Positions 55,645 to 64,000 of a stretch of DNA of 64,000 bases are shown here, in pieces. Location: IMG/VR virus record IMGVR_UViG_3300044614_001780. The stretch is one strand, 5' to 3'. Source of the DNA: a virus. The notes beneath the pieces were generated by a model. It had not been told where the DNA came from. It saw only the letters and a list, made by a program, of their open reading frames with translations, and did no database searches. The first letter of the stretch is position 1; every line of letters starts with the position of its first letter. Position numbers and translations under genes: made by a program.

Positions 55645-56088
55645 TTATTTAGAATCTTCTGCTTGTGTCATATTTTGCTTCAATAGTTTTTGAAGTTCTG
55701 CCGTAGAACCAACAAATAAAGTATTATTATTGGTAATACTTTTTGGTGCTGATGGATCTTCTTCTTTTAATTTCTTCATTTTTTGTTGAAGGTCCAATAA
55801 CTTATCAGTTGTATCTGCTACATTTTTAATTAACTGACCAGCAACCTCAAATGCTCTAGGAGAATCTGATTGTTGTGCTATTTCAAGAATACCATCAATT
55901 GCTTCTTGTCCTTTTTCTATGAGTGAATATAATTGACCTCTGGTATAATCATAGTCATAATCACTTTCACTATCACCCTTCTTTGGGGATTTTGCTAAAT
56001 TGGAAGAATTGCCACTAATTATTTCACTTGAAATCTTTGTTGATTCAATTTCAAGTGATTGATCTATTGCATCAAAATCATTCATCAC
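55645..56088 (-). CDS. gp16: Terminase small subunit
   Basis: DYDYTRGQL, PRAFEVAGQLIK, FVGSTAELQK. Confidence 0.9.
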   Translation of the reverse strand: MMNDFDAIDQSLEIESTKISSEIISGNSSNLAKSPKKGDSESDYDYDYTRGQLYSLIEKGQEAIDGILEIAQQSDSPRAFEVAGQLIKNVADTTDKLLDLQQKMKKLKEEDPSAPKSITNNNTLFVGSTAELQKLLKQNMTQAEDSK

Positions 56089-57131
56089 AAATCAACCCCT
56101 TTTCTGGAACTAAACACCCTACCGTCACCAAAATCAAAATATTCTTCATCAAATCCAAATTCATCGTTATATGGAATTAATTCTTTATCTGCATCATTTA
56201 TTATGTTAATCGCATCACCTTCTTCATGAACTGCTTTTATTGTACGGTCCTGACCTCTTACTACATCAACTGTATTCCCATTGATTGCTTTAACTAACAT
56301 TTCCTCATCATTTATCATAATATATTTTTCTACCACTAATGATGTTGAATCTGCCACTAAAATTTGCACATCACTTTCATCAACTGCTCTTGTTAAAACT
56401 GTAGTTGCATCATTATTATAATCTTTTATTGGTCTTGGTTCTACAGTATATCTAAGTTGTCTAGATGCGTTTGCTCTTTCTGTATTTGTATAATAATCAA
56501 CCTGTACTTTTTTGATAATTGGTCCTTTTGTATCTGAGATGGCACCAAAAATTGCAGTTTTTGCAGTAAAATTCAAAGTATATACTAAACTTCTTCTTGT
56601 GGAATAATCACCTTCGTAATCGTCGGACATTGAAATGCCCTCTAAAATTATTGGTATATCTCTTTTCTCTCCAATTGAATTTACTAAATCTACAGTTACA
56701 TTAAATTGTGGTTGAAAATATGGAAGAATTTGTTCAATTATTTGAAGCATATCATCTTGATACTTAGTTATAATACTAAGTTGTATTCCTATATTATAGG
56801 GTGCTGGCATATAAACCTGAACAGGTCCAGTTCCAGATTTATTTGCTTGAAAAGTTTGTATTGTCGATACTTTCCTCGATGCATCATATTGAATACTGGT
56901 CATCTCAAATGCCATTCTTGGTAGAGTTATTGCTACTCTGTTTCTTGGATCTGGTTTTTCATCCAATCTTGCCAAGAACTTTTGTATTGGACCATACGCA
57001 ATTGGAACTTTGATTAGACTAATATCATTATCTGAACCATCTTTATGTCTTATTTGAATGTTATTAAATAACGTTCCAAATGCAACAATAGTCCTTTTAA
57101 TTATTTCGTTATATGCGTATTTTCCAAACAT
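56085..57131 (-). CDS. gp15: Tail sheath stabilizer / completion protein
   Basis: FGTLFNNI, VPIAYGP, LPRMAFE, EQILPYFQP. Confidence 0.93.
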   Translation of the reverse strand: MFGKYAYNEIIKRTIVAFGTLFNNIQIRHKDGSDNDISLIKVPIAYGPIQKFLARLDEKPDPRNRVAITLPRMAFEMTSIQYDASRKVSTIQTFQANKSGTGPVQVYMPAPYNIGIQLSIITKYQDDMLQIIEQILPYFQPQFNVTVDLVNSIGEKRDIPIILEGISMSDDYEGDYSTRRSLVYTLNFTAKTAIFGAISDTKGPIIKKVQVDYYTNTERANASRQLRYTVEPRPIKDYNNDATTVLTRAVDESDVQILVADSTSLVVEKYIMINDEEMLVKAINGNTVDVVRGQDRTIKAVHEEGDAINIINDADKELIPYNDEFGFDEEYFDFGDGRVFSSRKGVDL

Positions 57132-57155
57132 GTCATTAATACTAGTATATTATAT

Positions 57156-58580
57156 TTAGAATTCCCCAAACGGATTCTTTTCAGAAAAATCTACGATATT
57201 ATCTGCCTGTTCTTCAATTGCAAAATTTTCTGCAAAATTATCATAAAGGTTATCTGTAATAACTGATAATACTTTATAACTTGCTCCTGCACCAACTATA
57301 GTTTCTCCTAAAGCAAAATTGCCACTCATTATAGAAACTTTTAATGTTCTAGTTTCATAATTCCAATTCTTAACATATGCACTAGTTCCAGTTGAAACTC
57401 CTCTAACTACTTCATTGAATTCATAATCTCCTGTTGATATTCCTACTGGAGAATCTATTTGTATTGTTGGTGGATTTGCTAGAGATAAATGGTAATTCGA
57501 ACCAGCATTTGTGAATCTGACAGCAGTAACAATGCCAGTAGATGTCAATATTGCTTCTGCAGTAGCAGAATTAATTCCAGATAATGGGAATGGAGAATTT
57601 GGATCTACTGGAGCAGAGAATCTAACTTTTGGAACAGTAGAATATCCAACTCCACCTGAGTTTATAATTACTGGTGCGAGTACTCCATTCTCTATAATTG
57701 CTGTTGCTATTCCACCACTTCCATTAGAACTATTATTCTTTATGGTTATTGTTGGTGGAATTGTATATCCAATTCCTGGATTTGTAATAAGTATCTTACT
57801 TATTGACCCTCTATCTAAAACAGATATTGCTTCTGCTCTTACTCCAAATCCTCCTGGTTTTGAGAATGTTATTAATGGTGGAGACTTATATCCATTTCCG
57901 CCATTAAGTATATCAATTCTTGCTACAGATTTTCCTGAAATTCCAGGATACCTTGATGTTGCTAATCCTACAGAAAGTGAAGCAGAAGATGCAGCAGCAC
58001 CAACCATCTGTAAAGTGGCAATATAACCAAAATCTTTTACATTCTTATCAACATCATCTAATCCTGTGTCAATTATTTCATCTTCATATTCGAAGAGTTC
58101 GCAACGTAATTCATATACATAAAGATTATTTAATTGATAGAATGGAGTCTTTGATTCAACATATTTAATTTCAAATAAAGCATTATCTAATGGGAGATAA
58201 ATCAAATCTCCTTCTTGAGGTCTTTTTGCAGTTTTTATTACTTCTTTGCTGAACAAACTTAATTTTGGAGTAATAAAATCTTCGTATCTCTCCTTGGAAA
58301 TAATAAAAGTTATTTGGTCAGTGCTCCTTACACCAAATTTGCTGAGAATATCAGAATTTCCACCAAATCCATCAAAGGTTGATATATATGCTTCCAATCT
58401 GAAACTATCATCAAACTTGGAAACTATTATTTCTTTAATTATTTTTTTCTCATTAATAATTTTTCTGGGCATGTATACTACATCTTGCCCATAGATTACC
58501 AATTGTTCATTAATTAAATCTTGAATTAGTCTTTGTTCACTTGGTGAACCCTGTAGAAAGTAAGAATTTAATGGTGCCAT
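57156..58580 (-). CDS. gp14: Neck protein with Gly-rich repeat insertion
   Basis: YGQDVVYMPR, RPQEGDLIY, PFYQL, DFSEKNPFG; repeated I.N.G.GY..P units. Confidence 0.92.
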   Translation of the reverse strand: MAPLNSYFLQGSPSEQRLIQDLINEQLVIYGQDVVYMPRKIINEKKIIKEIIVSKFDDSFRLEAYISTFDGFGGNSDILSKFGVRSTDQITFIISKERYEDFITPKLSLFSKEVIKTAKRPQEGDLIYLPLDNALFEIKYVESKTPFYQLNNLYVYELRCELFEYEDEIIDTGLDDVDKNVKDFGYIATLQMVGAAASSASLSVGLATSRYPGISGKSVARIDILNGGNGYKSPPLITFSKPGGFGVRAEAISVLDRGSISKILITNPGIGYTIPPTITIKNNSSNGSGGIATAIIENGVLAPVIINSGGVGYSTVPKVRFSAPVDPNSPFPLSGINSATAEAILTSTGIVTAVRFTNAGSNYHLSLANPPTIQIDSPVGISTGDYEFNEVVRGVSTGTSAYVKNWNYETRTLKVSIMSGNFALGETIVGAGASYKVLSVITDNLYDNFAENFAIEEQADNIVDFSEKNPFGEF

Positions 58581-59392
58581 TATCCAATCATATCCATTGG
58601 TGGGAGTTCGTATTCTGTCTTAAGTGCTCTTTCGATTTCTTCTAATTCTCTTATTGCATCTTCATATAACTGTCTTCCATTTAATGTAATTCCACCAGGC
58701 AACTGAACACCGTTAAATTTAATCATATTTTGTCCCCACTGCCTTTTTATTAATGCAGTTAAGTAACGTTTCAACCAGAAATCATTATATACTTTTGGAA
58801 AATCATTTGGATTTACTATTCTATAGCAATCTAAAATAATATATTGGTTTGAAACTTGTTGCCAATCAATATCTAAGTATAATCTATGCTGCTTTTTATT
58901 GAATCTTAATTGAACATCTGGGGTCAAAATCCTGCTTATATCCTCCAAATGTGTTTTTACCATTCCATAATTTAATAAATCCAATGCACCATAATAATAT
59001 AAATCGTTTAAAAATATTTGATATTTAATATTAAATAAACCACTAGAAATTGTGCTTGAATCTACTTTAAATACGTTATTGACTCCAATGATTGTGTCTG
59101 GAAGTGCAATAAAATTTGTAGATTCTTCATATGTGACAGTTGTTACTCCAACAGTAGAAATTCCAGAAGTTGATTGTGTTCCAGATCTTATTATTTCCCT
59201 TTCTTCTGATTGTAATTTATGTTTTAAATATACTCTTTCAATACCATCAAAATGTCTTTCATGAAAATATTGCAAGGCATCATCAACTAAATCTCCAATT
59301 TGGTCATCATCAACGTTTATCTCTAAAACTGGTTTCCCCAGTTTTCTGAGACAGTATTCGATAAGACCCTGACGAGAATTGGGTGATGCCAT
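58580..59392 (-). CDS. gp13: Neck protein
   Basis: YCLRKLGKPVLEINV, WLKRY.TALIKRQWGQN, LPGG.TLNG. Confidence 0.94.
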   Translation of the reverse strand: MASPNSRQGLIEYCLRKLGKPVLEINVDDDQIGDLVDDALQYFHERHFDGIERVYLKHKLQSEEREIIRSGTQSTSGISTVGVTTVTYEESTNFIALPDTIIGVNNVFKVDSSTISSGLFNIKYQIFLNDLYYYGALDLLNYGMVKTHLEDISRILTPDVQLRFNKKQHRLYLDIDWQQVSNQYIILDCYRIVNPNDFPKVYNDFWLKRYLTALIKRQWGQNMIKFNGVQLPGGITLNGRQLYEDAIRELEEIERALKTEYELPPMDMIG

Positions 59393-59420
59393 TGCAATAT
59401 TTTCCTCTCTTTAGTGGTAT

Positions 59421-62400
59421 TTATGCCTGTGCCTCTGCCCAACGTAATACTAGGTTTCCTGTAATGTTGGAACCAGTTGTTAAATAAACGTTGATTGCAA
59501 GTACATCAGGACCATTTGGGAAGGTTCCCCTTCCTCCAATTGGAGTATTGTTTAATTCCTTCAATTCTGATAAATCAATAGTTGATTTATCTACTGCAGT
59601 AGCAACGAATGAGAAAACAGTTTCACCTGGAGCAGCAGATACTGTGTTTGAAGTAAATGTGTAAGTAGTACCACTTGGTCCAGAGTTTACTGAGTTAGAA
59701 AACTGAACATAGTTTCTAGTCGCATCATATCGGAATATGTTGATAACTCTTGTTCCTCCAGGAACTCCAGTGCCACTGACAAAGAAACCAATTCTAACGT
59801 TTGCAACATCAGTATTAGTAAAAACTTGATACTGTGTGAAATAATTCTGAGTTAATGTAGTGGTTGCATTTATGGTTTGTGCTCCTCCCTCCCATGTAAT
59901 TGAAGATGCGTTAGCAATTTGAGCAAATGATGGTTGTCCACCAGCACCCTGAGAAGTAAGAGTAAACCACTGGACACTTGCTGGGTTTGATGGATAATTT
60001 GAAGGATTTAAAATACCTTCAATAATAACTGCTTGTGATGTTGAACCACCAGTTGGAGTAAATTCAAGAGACTTAAGAAGCAATTGTGCTCTGTTAATCA
60101 ATTCTCTTTGTCCTAAATCACCAGTAATTGCGTTTGAAACACTTGGAGCAAGACGAATCATGAATGTAGTTACTTTTGTTGTTGATATTGTTCCACCAAC
60201 AAATGGGTAGTTAAAAATGTAACCACGATCAGAGTCAAATAAACCATCAGTAAGAAAAGCAGAACCCCAGTGACTAATAACTGGTGTTGCTGTGTTACTT
60301 AAAAGAATTGCTCCAGTACCTTGAGTATGTGATGCTGCTAACCCTGCAGTATAGTTTCTAAATGAACCAGAAGAATAATTTCCAAAAGTTGCAGATCTTG
60401 TCACTCCAGTGAGGGTATTACCTGATTTTCCAGTATAATTTATAAGTTCATTGTCTACATAAATTGTTCCAGTATTTGGATATAATGAAGCATCAAGTAG
60501 TGGAATTGATGTTTGTGAATTTGTAATATTGGAAGCAAGACTTGTCTTTGGACCTTCATTTATAACTTCGTAACGAACTGGCAAGTTACCAGATCTCATG
60601 TATGCTTCAGTGTTTTTATTATTATTCTTTAATCTATGTACAAATAAATAGTTTCCATCTGGTCCACGAAGCATCCAATCAATAAATCCAGCACCATACC
60701 ATGTGTACTGGAATCCAATCATCTGCATCTTATTAATTTCAATCTCATAACCACTTGCACCTGTTCCATCAGCACGGTCAATATTCCACTGGTATTGTGG
60801 AATAATAGTATCCTGAACTAAAGTTGCCTTTGCACTAGAAATTGAAGTTACACCTCTAAAATCAGGAGAAACAGTAATTCCATTATCTCCAATAATGGAT
60901 GTAACTACGTGAGTCATTCCACGAATTACTATTCTATCTCCAACAATTAATTGGTCAACAAATCTTGTATTTGCTCCAGAAACAAAATTAGAATCTGGAG
61001 TAGCAGAAATTGTACCTGCTAGTTGGAAAGTTGCAGATCTGAGACCAACAGACAAACTATTCCCATCATACTGCCAGAAAATACCATTTTGGTCATCAAA
61101 TGCTCCAGCACGAACTGTTGCACCCTTCCATTTATAAAGTGATACTGATGGTGGTCTTCCTAGAATTGGTTGAGTCGTAGAAAGAACATTTGTTGCTAAT
61201 ACTGTAAATGTATTTTCGTTAATGACACTATTTACAGTATAATGTCCATTGTATCCAGGAGAGGTTACATTACTTATTTGTACCTCTGCTCCAACCTGCA
61301 ATCCATGTTCTGTATCATCGGTTGTCATTGTAACGAGACTTCCAATTGAAGTTCCTGCGGCAGAAACTGTTCTCAAATCGTAACTTGGTGCAAATAATGC
61401 ACCAGTTGTATACATTACACCTTTACCTGATTGATATCTAATATACTTTTTAGATTGACGAACTGCGTGAGCACCGTGAGATGGTCCACCAACACCCAAT
61501 TGAACTCCACCATCAAATGGTCTGTGAACATAAAAACAGTCTGGTCTTGGATATACAGTACCTGCAAGACCTGCAGCAGTGACAGATCCAGTTGTTCTGG
61601 CATTGAATCTGATTTTATTTAACTCTGGGACACTATCAATAACAAAAGGTCCAGATGCTAAACTATGACCAGCACCAGCAGAAGTTATTGTTGATGTAAT
61701 TGTATCTCCAGGAACAAGACCATGTGCATTTGAAAATGTTACTTCAAACCTTGCCAATGAAGAGTATGAAATTGAAGCAGCATCTGCAATTGGAGAAGTT
61801 GTTAATTCGGAAAGTGATACTGATGGGAAGAAATTAAGAACTGTACCAGTACTTGGAGTTCCAGATGCAATTACTGAAGATATTCTTCCTCTTGTAGAAT
61901 TATCTGGAATAGTTCTATTAATAGTAATCGTTAAATCGTTTGTTGGACTTGTTCCTCCCAATAAAGTTCCAAGGATTTTAAGTTGATATCCAGTAAAATA
62001 TCCAGATCCAGGGGAATCGATGGAAACGTTATATGAACCAATAGATTTGGTAATATTAAATAAAGCTCCATCTCCAGTAAGTGTTCCTGAAAGACCAGTA
62101 AACGTAGCATTTCCAGAGAATGCTGTTCCCGAAGATGTGAACGAAGTTATTCTTCCATTACCATCAACAGTAGTTACTGTGATTGTTAAATCATTGGTTC
62201 CAGAACTTCCACCTAAGATAGTACCATTAACAGTAATTGTGTCATTAGGAGCATATCCCAATCCTGTAATAACTTGCCCTGGTTTAAAAGTTACAGTATA
62301 AGTAGGAGTGCCAGTTCTATAAACATCAAATACTGCACCAGCACCAAAACCATTTGTTACACCAGTTACATCTGTATATGTTCTGTAACTTGGTATTGCA

Positions 62401-64000
62401 ATTCCATAAGCACTATCTGCAATAATTACTTGATTTGTACTTCCATTATAAAGCAACAGTAATCTAGTATATTCATCCAGATAGAATGGAGAACCAAGTG
62501 GATCAATTTCTACAGATGGAACAGTGAATGATGAACTAGTATATCTTGATATTCCTATAGATAATCTAGTGGTATCTACATATCCAAAAAATCCAAGAAG
62601 ACCATTAAAACTATTTCCTACTTTTACTTGAGATTGCACATAAGAATTGGTATCATTATAAGTAGAACCTTCTTGAACTCCATTCAAATAAAGTCTTGTT
62701 GATGTTCCAGTTCTTGATACTGCAACATGGACCCAAGTGTTTGCTGGGATTGATGTAGTACCAAGGATTCTCTCTGCCCCATCCACATAATACGAAAGAA
62801 CATCTCCAGAAGTTATTCTTAACATCGGAGCAATCATGGGCTCAGATGTTCTCATATCAATTAAAATTTCCTGTGTACTTACTCTATTTCTATAAATCCA
62901 AGTTTCAAGAGTAAAATCGGATGTTGAAATATCAAAATCTATATTTGAATCTATCATTACTGAATCTGCACTAGATCCAGAAGTTGGATTTAATAGTAAT
63001 GACGAAACACCAAAAGCTTTTTGTGATTGATTTATTGAGGCATCACCCAAAGTAGTAACAGATTTTACTGTTGTAAATGTTGTGATACCAGATGTTCCAG
63101 GGTCAACTCCCCTGACTCTAATAATCAAATCATTATCTGAAGTTCCACCTAAACTGGTTCCTGGAATAATTAATCTTTGCCCATCATTATATTGGACTCC
63201 AGGAGAATTTAAATTCACTAAATATCTACCCTGAGTTCTATCGACATTGAATGTTGCAGAACCTCCTGAATTAAAATTGCTTGGAGATGCAGATAAAATA
63301 CCAACAATACTTTGCCCACCAACACCATTTACAAGATAGGGTGTTGAGAGAGTTAATATATTTCCATCTATATTTGTAACAAAAGTAGAATTTCCTGTTC
63401 CGTCATCTAATGCTGATCCAACTTGAATTCCAGTTATACTTGCAACTGCTAATGTATTTGATGGAGCGGTAACATTTCCAGACAAAGAAGTAGTTGCACT
63501 AGTTGTTGTTATACCTGTTACTTGAGTTCCTCCCAGAAGTCCACTTGCAGTTAATGGGGAACCAACAATAACATTATTTACTCCAGTATATGCTAAACGG
63601 TTTGAACCTGAACGAGTTATAAATTTTGAAATAAATGAACCTGTAACACCATTTGTGAACAAACTATATGTTGGGGAACCAATTGCTGCTCCTGTATAAA
63701 ATCCACCTCTTCTCAATTGTGAATATGTTGCATATAAACTTTCTGTTGGATTGCTTGTTCCAACTTTGCCCTTTGCGAAATATGTAAAAGTATTGGGGTT
63801 TAAAACAGATTGCACTAAGAAAGAACCTTCTGCTCTAGAAGAACCAGAAACAGTTTCCAATAAACCAAAAATCCTAAATGGTTGTCCAACAGAAAACCCA
63901 TGTGGTTCATTTGTCTGTACAGTAATTAACGATGCACCAAATCCCCCAGTAGGAGAACTTGCATCAGTTTGTACCTCTAATACAGAAATATCAGATCCTG
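59421..64000 (-). CDS. Large virion structural/tail-associated protein with LamG/ConA-like domain (5' end outside window)
   Basis: Frame stays open from 63998, so the track start at 63860 is not the true start; DFTLETWIY...WVHVAVSR...LYLNG lectin-like motif; repeated G..LGG....NDL.I units; Ser/Thr/Gly-rich. Confidence 0.8.
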   Translation of the reverse strand, partial: GSDISVLEVQTDASSPTGGFGASLITVQTNEPHGFSVGQPFRIFGLLETVSGSSRAEGSFLVQSVLNPNTFTYFAKGKVGTSNPTESLYATYSQLRRGGFYTGAAIGSPTYSLFTNGVTGSFISKFITRSGSNRLAYTGVNNVIVGSPLTASGLLGGTQVTGITTTSATTSLSGNVTAPSNTLAVASITGIQVGSALDDGTGNSTFVTNIDGNILTLSTPYLVNGVGGQSIVGILSASPSNFNSGGSATFNVDRTQGRYLVNLNSPGVQYNDGQRLIIPGTSLGGTSDNDLIIRVRGVDPGTSGITTFTTVKSVTTLGDASINQSQKAFGVSSLLLNPTSGSSADSVMIDSNIDFDISTSDFTLETWIYRNRVSTQEILIDMRTSEPMIAPMLRITSGDVLSYYVDGAERILGTTSIPANTWVHVAVSRTGTSTRLYLNGVQEGSTYNDTNSYVQSQVKVGNSFNGLLGFFGYVDTTRLSIGISRYTSSSFTVPSVEIDPLGSPFYLDEYTRLLLLYNGSTNQVIIADSAYGIAIPSYRTYTDVTGVTNGFGAGAVFDVYRTGTPTYTVTFKPGQVITGLGYAPNDTITVNGTILGGSSGTNDLTITVTTVDGNGRITSFTSSGTAFSGNATFTGLSGTLTGDGALFNITKSIGSYNVSIDSPGSGYFTGYQLKILGTLLGGTSPTNDLTITINRTIPDNSTRGRISSVIASGTPSTGTVLNFFPSVSLSELTTSPIADAASISYSSLARFEVTFSNAHGLVPGDTITSTITSAGAGHSLASGPFVIDSVPELNKIRFNARTTGSVTAAGLAGTVYPRPDCFYVHRPFDGGVQLGVGGPSHGAHAVRQSKKYIRYQSGKGVMYTTGALFAPSYDLRTVSAAGTSIGSLVTMTTDDTEHGLQVGAEVQISNVTSPGYNGHYTVNSVINENTFTVLATNVLSTTQPILGRPPSVSLYKWKGATVRAGAFDDQNGIFWQYDGNSLSVGLRSATFQLAGTISATPDSNFVSGANTRFVDQLIVGDRIVIRGMTHVVTSIIGDNGITVSPDFRGVTSISSAKATLVQDTIIPQYQWNIDRADGTGASGYEIEINKMQMIGFQYTWYGAGFIDWMLRGPDGNYLFVHRLKNNNKNTEAYMRSGNLPVRYEVINEGPKTSLASNITNSQTSIPLLDASLYPNTGTIYVDNELINYTGKSGNTLTGVTRSATFGNYSSGSFRNYTAGLAASHTQGTGAILLSNTATPVISHWGSAFLTDGLFDSDRGYIFNYPFVGGTISTTKVTTFMIRLAPSVSNAITGDLGQRELINRAQLLLKSLEFTPTGGSTSQAVIIEGILNPSNYPSNPASVQWFTLTSQGAGGQPSFAQIANASSITWEGGAQTINATTTLTQNYFTQYQVFTNTDVANVRIGFFVSGTGVPGGTRVINIFRYDATRNYVQFSNSVNSGPSGTTYTFTSNTVSAAPGETVFSFVATAVDKSTIDLSELKELNNTPIGGRGTFPNGPDVLAINVYLTTGSNITGNLVLRWAEAQA

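Noticed and set aside
772-62462. Numerous plus-strand and alternate-frame ORFs in the track (e.g. 1213..1740, 33467..33970, 47322..47885, 57511..58026)
   Set aside because: They overlap well-supported minus-strand genes, lack recognisable motifs and look like antisense or frame shadows
1-64000. CRISPR array, integrase, transposase, psbA/psbD/hli genes, alternative genetic code
   Set aside because: No spaced direct repeats or such genes seen in this window; core genes translate full length with the standard code

Overview
A 64-kb, AT-rich segment of a T4-like cyanophage (cyanomyovirus) genome; essentially all real genes are on the minus strand. In transcription order (right to left): a large virion protein running off the window, gp13-gp14-gp15-gp16, gp17, gp18, gp19, gp20, gp21, gp22, gp23, gp3, uvsY, uvsW, gp55, gp47, gp46, gp45, gp44, gp62, regA, hsp20, gp43, uvsX, gp41, mazG, a putative nuclease, a cytidyltransferase-like protein, gp61, nrdA and nrdB. 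Then come modular Lys-rich proteins, a GIY-YIG-type protein, a tail-lysozyme-type protein and tRNA-Gly(TCC), a run of small membrane proteins around zwf and gnd, a wcaG/manA-class structured RNA and a sugar-modification operon. Main highlights: (1) two micro-ORFs below the ORF-track cutoff that resemble the NDH-1L subunits NdhP and NdhQ and bracket zwf-gnd; (2) proteins with T4-type capsid-targeting N-termini (MKTY/F..F..E) and apparent gp21-cleavable modules, read here as injected polyproteins carrying HAD-phosphatase, RlpA-like and nucleotidyltransferase-like cargo; (3) a triple-pseudoknot RNA with an ORF between its parts; (4) a putative nuclease whose ribosome site is locked by a hairpin with a late promoter in the loop; (5) a duplicated promoter+leader element, one copy firing antisense toward uvsW; (6) an NblA-like micro-ORF coupled to the large terminase. 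Family assignments rest on motifs recognised by eye and on recalled reference sequences; no database search was run.
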